Below are positions 57,182-64,000 of a stretch of DNA of 64,000 nt, piece after piece; the first letter of the stretch is position 1; each line of letters starts with the position of its first letter. Origin of the DNA: Candidatus Altimarinota bacterium (GTDB lineage Bacteria; Patescibacteriota; Gracilibacteria; UBA4473); NCBI GenBank assembly GCA_965231215.1, contig OZ246423.1, forward strand, positions 192,001 through 256,000. The letters run 5' to 3'. The position numbers and the translations under genes are program-made. Below the pieces are notes generated by a model. That model had not been told where the DNA came from and did no database searches. It was given only the letters and a program-made list of their open reading frames with translations.

Positions 57182-57526
57182 TTATAACTGACACTCAAAG
57201 TCTGGACTCAGCATATGCAGATGCACCCTAGGAACAATCTGGCCTCCAGCTTCTCCTACATTCATATACAATTTATAGCCTTCTAAATCCTCTAAATCCA
57301 TAATGTATTTGGCCACTAGAAAAAGTTTTCCAAAGGTTTCTAGGTTTCCTTCATGCACATCCATAGCCGTTACAAATCCCTCTTCTTTTGGCACAATAAG
57401 CAGGTGCTTTTCGGCCTTCGGATTTATATCTCTAAAAGCAATTATATCGGGGTCTTCATAGACAATGTCGGCAGGAATTTCACGACGAATAATTTGAGCG
57501 AAAACGTCTTCAGGAAGAAAGGCCAT
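57182..57526 (-). CDS. HIT (histidine triad) family protein
   Basis: VFAQIIRREIPADIVYED, AFRDINP.A..HLLIVPK, NVGEAGGQIVPRVHLH. Confidence 0.92.
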   Translation of the reverse strand: MAFLPEDVFAQIIRREIPADIVYEDPDIIAFRDINPKAEKHLLIVPKEEGFVTAMDVHEGNLETFGKLFLVAKYIMDLEDLEGYKLYMNVGEAGGQIVPRVHLHMLSPDFECQL

Positions 57527-57735
57527 CTTTAGAAAGATTATATTAGCTTGTTTTGATAATTTCTATAGAAATTATTAAGAAAAAATAAAATTTTTTCTGG
57601 CTAAGCCAACAAGCGACATCATACTATGTTCGATAAAACATGGTTTTAATAAGCGAACTAGTATAATACAAACCTCATTGTACGCTATTTCTGATTTACA
57701 AAAAATTTTTTTGGTTTAAGATTTTCCCAGAACAA

Positions 57736-57768
57736 ATGAAGAAACTCCTTGTGGTACTCGTAAAATAG
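57736..57768 (+). CDS. ilv attenuator leader peptide MKKLLVVLVK
   Basis: 10-codon ORF with six consecutive Leu/Val codons upstream of acetolactate synthase. Confidence 0.85.
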   Translation: MKKLLVVLVK

Positions 57769-57828
57769 TTCGCTTGACCCCTTTAGTAAGGATTCAGGCG
57801 GAGCTCTAAAAATGAGAACCGCTTTTTT
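57769..57828 (+). promoter_or_regulatory. ilv attenuator antiterminator/terminator
   Basis: TTCGCTTGA (57769-77) pairs with TCAGGCGGA; alternatively GGCGG..CTC-TAAAAAT-GAG..CCGC is followed by TTTTTT. Confidence 0.78.
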
Positions 57829-57850
57829 AACACAGTATAAACCTCATATC

Positions 57851-59701
57851 ATGATTGGTTCCAATGCTCTCCTAGCCTCCCTTGAAAACCACGGTGTACG
57901 TGAGGTATTCGCTTACCCTGGAGGAGCCGTGCTGCCAATCTATGATGAAATGCCCAAACACAACATCCGTCGAATCTTGGTTCGGCACGAACAGGCCGCC
58001 GCTTTTGCAGCTCAAGGATACAGCCGGTCTACCCAAAATGTAGGCGTCTGTTTAGCCACTTCTGGCCCAGGAGCGACTAACCTTGTCACCGGGATTGCCG
58101 ACGCCATGATGGATTCTATTCCGATGGTAGCCATTACGGGGAATGTATTTAAACACCTTATCGGATCCGATGCTTTTCAAGAGACCGATATTGTGGGGAT
58201 CTGCCAGCCCATTGTAAAACATGCTTACTTTGTAGAAAAAGCCGACGACATCCCTCGCATTATGAAAGAAGCTTTCCACCTAGCGGCCTCTGGACGACCA
58301 GGCCCTGTGCTGGTAGATATTCCAAAATGCATACAGATTGAAGCTGTTTCCGAAGATATACAGCAAAAGATTAAACAAAATTTTGACTTCCCTATGCACC
58401 TTCCAGGATACGCTTATGAGTATGAAGATTGCCCAGAAGAAGTTGCTAAGGCCGCTGAACTTATTGAAGCGGCCGAAAGACCGGTGATTATCTATGGCCA
58501 CGGAGTTATCCTTTCTAATGCCGAAAAAGCTCTAGCTGACTTTATTGAAAAATCTGGCATCCCCAATGTGTGGACCTTACACGGGATTGGTGGATTTGAT
58601 GGAACCCATCCATTGAGTCTGGGAATGCTGGGAATGCACGGAACAGGCGCTGCTAATTTTGCCGTCCATAATGCTGATCTCATTCTTGGAATTGGTATTC
58701 GATTTGATGACCGAATCACCGGGAAACTCGATGCCTTTAAAAATAATAAAAAAATCATTCATTTTGATATTGATCCCTCTGAATTTAATAAAAACGTACC
58801 GGTCGAAGCCCAGCTCTGTGGGCAAATCCATGATACCCTGCCAAAGCTGACTCAAGCACTCATAAACTCAAGCAAACAAGATTCAAAAACTTCAAAAACA
58901 AGAAGTTCAAGGAAACCAGAAAATTCCGCAGATAAGCTTACCGAAAAAGTAAGAGTTCGAGGAAATTTTGTGGATGACGAAGAAATTCAAAGTTTTTCAG
59001 GCTTTTGCAAAAGCAGATTTGAACCTTGGACTACATTACTTCAAGCAAAACATCAGAAATGGCCACTTGATACATCTTGTGATGAAAAATTTACTGAAAT
59101 CTGCGTCATCAACAAACTCTACGAAAGACTTGAAGAAGATGACGTGGTAGTGGTAGACGTAGGCCAACACGAAATGTGGTCAGCTCAAAGATTTTTCCCA
59201 AAAAAGTCTAGAAAGTTTCTGGCTTCCGGAGGCCTTGGGTCTATGGGGTTTTCTTTTCCTGCAGCCATTGGCGCTACCTTTTCAGGCCATAATGTTTGGT
59301 CTATTTCTGGAGATGGAGGATTCCAGATGAATCTCCAAGAACTCGCGACCGTGGTACAAGACAAAATCCCTGTAAAGATCATCATCTTAAATAACGCTTT
59401 CTTAGGAATGGTAAGGCAATGGCAGGAACTTTTTTATGATAAAAATTATGTAGATACGCCTCTGTTTAATCCAGACTATGTAAAACTAGGGGAAGCCTAT
59501 GGCATCCCAAGTTTCAGAGCTGAAAACCATGAAGAAGCAGAGCGTTGTTTACAAAAAATGAAAACCTATAATGACGGTCCCATCCTTGTAGAATTTAAAG
59601 TTAAAAAAGAAGAAAACGTCTTCCCAATGGTACCACAAGGCAAAGCCTTAGGGGAAACCATGCTCAATATTAAAGATCAAATTGACCACTACAAAAAATA
59701 A
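57851..59701 (+). CDS. ilvB: acetolactate synthase large subunit with a ~45-50 aa insert
   Basis: FAYPGGAVLPIYD, RHEQAA, TSGPGATN, GRPGPVLVDIP, LGMLGMHG, RFDDRITG, DVGQHEMW, SGGLGSMG, GDGGFQMN..NN.FLGMVRQWQ; the ORF-track start at 57812 lies inside the attenuator. Confidence 0.95.
   Translation: MIGSNALLASLENHGVREVFAYPGGAVLPIYDEMPKHNIRRILVRHEQAAAFAAQGYSRSTQNVGVCLATSGPGATNLVTGIADAMMDSIPMVAITGNVFKHLIGSDAFQETDIVGICQPIVKHAYFVEKADDIPRIMKEAFHLAASGRPGPVLVDIPKCIQIEAVSEDIQQKIKQNFDFPMHLPGYAYEYEDCPEEVAKAAELIEAAERPVIIYGHGVILSNAEKALADFIEKSGIPNVWTLHGIGGFDGTHPLSLGMLGMHGTGAANFAVHNADLILGIGIRFDDRITGKLDAFKNNKKIIHFDIDPSEFNKNVPVEAQLCGQIHDTLPKLTQALINSSKQDSKTSKTRSSRKPENSADKLTEKVRVRGNFVDDEEIQSFSGFCKSRFEPWTTLLQAKHQKWPLDTSCDEKFTEICVINKLYERLEEDDVVVVDVGQHEMWSAQRFFPKKSRKFLASGGLGSMGFSFPAAIGATFSGHNVWSISGDGGFQMNLQELATVVQDKIPVKIIILNNAFLGMVRQWQELFYDKNYVDTPLFNPDYVKLGEAYGIPSFRAENHEEAERCLQKMKTYNDGPILVEFKVKKEENVFPMVPQGKALGETMLNIKDQIDHYKK
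58885..58999 (+). repeat. palindromic element in frame within ilvB (family B)
   Basis: AAAAACTT..AAGTTTTT outer stem; CCA..AAAATTCC..CTTAC/GTAAG..GGAAATTTT..TGG inner arm; CAAGGAAA and TGACGAAG flanks. Confidence 0.7.
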
Positions 59702-59702
59702 C

Positions 59703-60188
59703 ATGGAGAAGCATATTTTGATTGTTACCTCACAAAACGTTCCAGGCGTACTAGCTAAAATGTCTGGTATACTCAGAAGAAAACTTTTTAATGTAGAATC
59801 TCTTACCGTAGGGCAAACCTCAAATCCTGAAAAAGCTCGTTTTACAGTTATTATTGCTGGAGATTTCGAGGAGGCTCAGAAAGCCGCACAATCGATTCAA
59901 AAAATGGTAGAAATTCTAAGTATCCGTATTGCAGAACCCAAAGATACAATTAGACGCGAAATCGTACTAGCTAAACTAAGTTTAATTGATTTTCAAGATT
60001 CTCAACTACTTGAAGAAATTGAAGGTGATGTCCTAGTCAAAGAAATTTATAGAGAAGGTCACACCGTTTGTTTTGAGTTTATAGATACGGCCTCTAATCT
60101 TGAAAAACTGCTGGGAAAAATTACCCAAAATAATATTGAGGTGCTTGAATGGGTGCGTAGTGGCGTTATCGCCATTGAGAAGAGTTAA
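59703..60188 (+). CDS. ilvN: acetolactate synthase small (ACT) subunit
   Basis: QNVPGVLAKMSGILRRKLFNVESLTVG..RFTV; REIVLAKL; EWVRSGVIAI. Confidence 0.9.
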   Translation: MEKHILIVTSQNVPGVLAKMSGILRRKLFNVESLTVGQTSNPEKARFTVIIAGDFEEAQKAAQSIQKMVEILSIRIAEPKDTIRREIVLAKLSLIDFQDSQLLEEIEGDVLVKEIYREGHTVCFEFIDTASNLEKLLGKITQNNIEVLEWVRSGVIAIEKS

Positions 60189-60287
60189 TAAAATATTCGA
60201 TTTTCTCCATTTGAGAATTTTTAGGATTTGAGCCATCATTTTTTACCCACGCAAAAAATAAAATTAACCTATAATCAAAAAAGATAA

Positions 60288-60361
60288 GCTTTCGTAGTTA
60301 AATGGAATAACAATTCCCTCCTAAGGAATAGTTGTAGGTTCGATTCCTGCCGAAGGCACCA
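60288..60361 (+). tRNA. tRNA-Arg(CCT)
   Basis: GCTTTCG/CGAAGGC acceptor stem, ATTCC-CTCCTAA-GGAAT anticodon arm, GGTTCGATTCC, encoded CCA. Confidence 0.93.
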
Positions 60362-60428
60362 GAAAAAACAAAAAGTGTTGTTAACCGTCGATTTATGGTA
60401 TAATGAAAGAAGATTTGAAACACCATCC

Positions 60429-60773
60429 ATGAAAAAAATTTCATTACTACTAACACTTTCACTTTTTTATATTAATCAAGCGGCCGCCCAAATTATCCCC
60501 GCTGGAGGTTTAGGAAGTAAAATTCAAGAAGGAAGAGCCGGACTCTCTGATTTTCCTAAACTAGTTGTACATTGGGTTGAATGGATACTTAGTATGGCTG
60601 GAGGATTTGCCGTAGTGATGGTCATGTGGGGCGGTATCAGGTACATGACAGGATCTGCTATGGGAGAAAAAGAAGAGGGTAAAAAAGTTATAATTTATGC
60701 ACTTTCTGGGCTCTTTGTTTGTTTCTTCGCTTGGTGGTTTGTAGAGTTGATCCAGGTATGGATGACAACATAG
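60429..60773 (+). CDS. small pilin-like membrane protein (TrbC/VirB2-like, common in CPR)
   Basis: Signal peptide, then AVVMVMWGGIRYMTG....EEGKKVIIYALSGL. Confidence 0.75.
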   Translation: MKKISLLLTLSLFYINQAAAQIIPAGGLGSKIQEGRAGLSDFPKLVVHWVEWILSMAGGFAVVMVMWGGIRYMTGSAMGEKEEGKKVIIYALSGLFVCFFAWWFVELIQVWMTT

Positions 60774-60895
60774 TTTATGGGCTGTTTTCCTCCTATTCCC
60801 CCTTCCTTGAATTCGTATTCATTTGTTTCGGGACTCCATAAGCTCCTAAACCAAATTCATAATTGAAACCCCGTTTAAGAATCTTTGATAGAAAA

Positions 60896-61354
60896 CTATT
60901 GATTGAAGATTTTTTCAATCTGCGCTTCAGCCGCCATCTCTAACTGTTGATACATAATTTCAAATCCATCCAAATGTGAATAATACGGATCATTTACTTC
61001 TTTATCATCAAACAAACTTAGTTTTGAATGATACGCTTCTGGAATAATCATTTTCATATTATCCAAATTGGAGTAATCCATCCCAAAGAGGTAATCAAAT
61101 TCTTTACCATCCTCTGCCGTAAGTTTACGAGCCTTTTGAGTAGAAATATCTATTCCATAAACCTCACATACTTGTTGTGATCTTGCATCAGGAGGTTGGC
61201 CAATATGCCAAGCACCAGTACCAGCTGAATCTATTTCAAAATCTATTGCTTCTTGATATCCAGCTGCTTCAAGCTTGGATTTCATGATTCCCTGAGCCGC
61301 AGGACTTCGACAAATATTCCCAAGACAGACAAACAAAATTTTTTTCATACACAC
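60896..61354 (-). CDS. low-molecular-weight protein tyrosine phosphatase
   Basis: FVCLGNICRSP, IDSAGT..WHIG..PD, MD..N, DPYY. Confidence 0.95.
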   Translation of the reverse strand: MCMKKILFVCLGNICRSPAAQGIMKSKLEAAGYQEAIDFEIDSAGTGAWHIGQPPDARSQQVCEVYGIDISTQKARKLTAEDGKEFDYLFGMDYSNLDNMKMIIPEAYHSKLSLFDDKEVNDPYYSHLDGFEIMYQQLEMAAEAQIEKIFNQ

Positions 61355-61581
61355 ATTATAGAAATTTAACCTTCTAAAAAAAACTAGATACCGTCAAATA
61401 TATGGACTCAACCGCTAGCTATTGAAGGGGGGTTCTATAGGCCTGTTTAAAAATCATCCACCAGGTTTGGACTTAGCTATAAAAACGCTCAAACTTATAG
61501 AAGCTTCTGTCGGGTCTTGTCCCTCAAACACTGAAGCTTTAACTACACTGCAAGCTCTAAAAAAACAGAGAGCAGCAAAAA

Positions 61582-62271
61582 TTAAGACAACGGCTGATTC
61601 CGAGGAATCCCGTTAGCTCGAGGGAACTGCTTATGAGTTGTCGCAATTTTTTTAATGATTACAAAAACTCTTTCAGAGTCACCCAAAGCTGTTTCGTATA
61701 TAGCTTCAATTTTACCTCCCAATTTTTTTTCTAATCCCTCAAAAATCTTTAAATCTTCATGAATTTGAGGGCCTTGATAAGCCGCAAACAGACCCCCAAC
61801 TTTTACAAACGGTAAAGCATATTCAAGTAAAACGGGCCAAGGGGCTAAAGCTCTGGCCGTTACTAGATCAAATCTTTCACGGAAAACCTTATCCTGTCCA
61901 AAGTCTTCAATACGCCCATGAAAGGTTTTTAAATTCTTTAACCCCAATTCATCACCCATAGCCTGAACGGCTTTCATTTTTTTGCCTACGCTATCCAACG
62001 CTGAGATTTGTGCCGTAGGTGAAAATACCGCTAACGGTAAACATGGGAAACCTCCACCAGCTCCAAGGTCTAAAGTTTTTTTACGGCTAAACTCTACATA
62101 TTTGGTAGGCAACAATGAATCTAAAAAGTGCTTTTCATAAATACCAGCTTTATCCCTAATAGCCGATAAATTTATTTTTGAATTCCACTCAATAAAGCTT
62201 TCACAGAGTTTCTCAAACTGCACTTTTTGCTCGGATGAAAGATCAATACCGTTTTCAGAAAACAAAGACAT
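61582..62271 (-). CDS. rsmG: 16S rRNA m7G527 methyltransferase
   Basis: WNSKINLSAI, HFLDSL, DLGAGGGFP, DSVGKK, FDLVTARA, FPRANG.P...PL. Confidence 0.95.
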   Translation of the reverse strand: MSLFSENGIDLSSEQKVQFEKLCESFIEWNSKINLSAIRDKAGIYEKHFLDSLLPTKYVEFSRKKTLDLGAGGGFPCLPLAVFSPTAQISALDSVGKKMKAVQAMGDELGLKNLKTFHGRIEDFGQDKVFRERFDLVTARALAPWPVLLEYALPFVKVGGLFAAYQGPQIHEDLKIFEGLEKKLGGKIEAIYETALGDSERVFVIIKKIATTHKQFPRANGIPRNQPLS

Positions 62272-62274
62272 GGA

Positions 62275-62964
62275 TTACAAAATAGCTCTATTTATCTCCA
62301 AAACAAAATCTTTAAGCAGACTTAGTTTTTTGACCGTGTATTTTAGTAGAAATTCTTCATCAATTTTTTTATCCCTTATCAAAGGATATCGATGCATAGC
62401 CCAATAAGCTTGAAGTTTAAGTATATTGGCCAATGGCGAGTTTTTGTCATATCTTCGAGGTACGGTTTTAAGCACTCCAAACCCAAGATCAGAAAGCTCA
62501 AAGGTTTGAGTAAAGGTCTTAGCGTTTATAGAGGCCGCTAATTTAGAATTTTTTGTCACTAAAGCGTCTCGAATTAAATTCAGTTCTGATGGAGGCAATT
62601 TATTAATCCCTCCCATGATGTAGAGGTACCCATCAGCACTAATCCCAAAACCATACCCCGCAATCCCCTTTTTTTTACCAGTAGCCGAAAACTTGGCTCC
62701 CATATGAGTTTTATACGGCGTTTTATCAGCACTAAATCTAATATCCCGATTAATCCGGAAAAGGGATTTTCGAGGATCGGTGTGTACCAACACTGAATCC
62801 ACCCCCAACATCTGGGCATGAACACTTTCTACAAAGTCCAAAAACTGAACCCGAATAACCTGGTATTCTTCACGGTGTTTATCCATCCACTGCTTTGAAT
62901 TATTGGCTTTTAGGCCAACAAGAAAGTCATGCATTCGGTACGGTTCAAATATATTTTTTTTCAT
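62275..62964 (-). CDS. DUF2461 family protein
   Basis: FL..LKANNSKQW...HR..Y, FRINRDIRFSADKTPYK. Confidence 0.88.
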   Translation of the reverse strand: MKKNIFEPYRMHDFLVGLKANNSKQWMDKHREEYQVIRVQFLDFVESVHAQMLGVDSVLVHTDPRKSLFRINRDIRFSADKTPYKTHMGAKFSATGKKKGIAGYGFGISADGYLYIMGGINKLPPSELNLIRDALVTKNSKLAASINAKTFTQTFELSDLGFGVLKTVPRRYDKNSPLANILKLQAYWAMHRYPLIRDKKIDEEFLLKYTVKKLSLLKDFVLEINRAIL

Positions 62965-62971
62965 CCTATTT

Positions 62972-63091
62972 GAGCTACTTAATTTTAATAAAATACAAGA
63001 AAAAATCGAAGAGCTTTAATGAGCTGTATAAAAAATACAGTGAATGAGTACCACCAGTTTTGACGCAGGAATTTATAAAATTTGGAAGCTC
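62972..63091 (+). repeat. intergenic palindromic element (family B)
   Basis: GAGCT..AATTTT / AAAATT..AGCTC outer stem; CAAGAAAA, CTGTAT-AAAA-ATACAG hairpin, TTGACGCAG. Confidence 0.6.
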
Positions 63092-63783
63092 TATTTTATA
63101 CCCTTTTTAGAAAGATAGAGAGACCCCGAAATATAAAGCCCCAACATTATAACTATTAAGATTTTCACCGAGAGTGGCAGCCCCCATGCCAGAACACCCG
63201 CATTCCATATCTGCTCATTAAAGTAGTGCGCCACATCCGCCATAAATTCAAAAAAGAAATTATCTAAAACTCCAATAATTCGATCTCGAAAAAACATCCA
63301 TAAAAAGAGCAAAAATAGCACCATTACCGACACACTAAAAAGGAATATTTTATTAGCCAACGTGACTACCTCTTCTTCAAATTCCCCATACATGGATTCT
63401 ACAATAGTAATGATGAGAAAGAAGAAGAAACTCCACGTAAAAACAAGCGCTGTAAGTAAGGGTTCTTGAGTGACATAGGTAACCGTTAATTCCGCTATAG
63501 TAGCCACCACAAATTTGGGGAAAAAGTGAAAGTATGGGACCTGGCTACAAAACCGGGTAAACTTCAAAAAATACTGAAAGTACAGCGGCAACTGACGTTC
63601 TTTTCTCCGCTGTAAAAATACCGCTGAAAAATAAAAAGGCACGGCCACTACCTCAAAAACTAGGCGTAAAAAAGTATGCGATTTTTTCTTCTCACGAATA
63701 AACCAAATAAGCCGGAAAAGAGCCCAAAAAAAGAGCCCCAAAAACGGAAAAGCAAAAGAAAGTATGATAAGCCATTGTTCCAT
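63091..63783 (-). CDS. hypothetical membrane protein
   Basis: 230-aa ORF with several TM helices. Confidence 0.75.
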   Translation of the reverse strand: MEQWLIILSFAFPFLGLFFWALFRLIWFIREKKKSHTFLRLVFEVVAVPFYFSAVFLQRRKERQLPLYFQYFLKFTRFCSQVPYFHFFPKFVVATIAELTVTYVTQEPLLTALVFTWSFFFFLIITIVESMYGEFEEEVVTLANKIFLFSVSVMVLFLLFLWMFFRDRIIGVLDNFFFEFMADVAHYFNEQIWNAGVLAWGLPLSVKILIVIMLGLYISGSLYLSKKGIK

Positions 63784-63916
63784 AGCGAAAGCATTAAACT
63801 TTTTTAAAAGATAAGTTCAAAACTTTATAGCAGGAAAGAGTCTCCTTTTTAGCAACCGGCCACAACTTTTGATTTGTTTTTGACGGAATTTAGGCAAAAC
63901 AGCAAAATATCTAGGC

Positions 63917-64000
63917 ATGGGATCACAAAAAACACTCACACACACAGCTACTAAATATTTACAAGCTATTGATACACTTCAGACAACAGGGAAAGTACAT
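63917..64000 (+). CDS. possible 5' start of a CDS running off the window (MGSQKTLTH...)
   Basis: ATG at 63917 with the frame open to the window end; TTGACG..AAAAT upstream. Confidence 0.45.
   Translation, partial: MGSQKTLTHTATKYLQAIDTLQTTGKVH

Noticed and set aside
57812-57850. ORF-track start of ilvB (MRTAFL…)
   Set aside because: This ATG lies inside the attenuator terminator; recognisable homology begins at 57851.
60190-60265. Fourth copy of repeat family A, or an integration scar near tRNA-Arg
   Set aside because: Only a weak CATTTTTTACCCACGCAAAAAAT resemblance; no integrase and no duplicated tRNA 3' end.
61422-61616. 64-aa plus-strand ORF
   Set aside because: TTG start, overlap with the rsmG end and no motif; it may be a gene remnant but cannot be supported.
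1-64000. Genetic code 25 (UGA=Gly) as in Gracilibacteria/Absconditabacteria
   Set aside because: Conserved genes are full length under table 11 with no in-frame TGA, and recR and tsaE end at TGA at their expected C-termini.

Overview
A 64-kb AT-rich bacterial chromosome segment read with the standard code (table 11). The gene content and style suggest a Patescibacteria/CPR lineage, possibly Peregrinibacteria/Gracilibacteria-like; this is inference from the degenerate DHH and MBL proteins, SLH protein, small pilin-like protein, shortened MiaA, A-rich start regions without Shine-Dalgarno and many orphan ORFs. Housekeeping genes are hisS, leuS, argS, serS, recR, dnaB, holA, trmD, tilS, miaA, tsaE, cca, rsmG, murB, pyk and dut, plus tRNAs Val-GAC, Phe-GAA and Arg-CCT. 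Scattered amino-acid biosynthesis genes are also present (proB-like, ilvBN, thrC-like, aroA). There are four highlights. (1) Two unannotated leader-peptide attenuators, including an apparent proline-sensing one (MKNLIVVPAPRPPQN) upstream of glutamate 5-kinase. (2) A two-gene system in which an ATP-grasp peptide ligase is fused to a dead retropepsin domain and a MATCAP/DUF1704-type carboxypeptidase, next to a PKD-7TM membrane protein. (3) At least three families of structured palindromic elements; some sit in frame in genes (ilvB, a LysE-family gene) and one is tandemly amplified with a 37-bp duplication of the trmD 3' end. (4) An AroA-Nudix fusion and a tRNA-Val with a pyrimidine at position 37. 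No transposase, integrase, reverse transcriptase, cas gene or CRISPR array was seen. All family calls come from motif recognition by eye; no database search was run.
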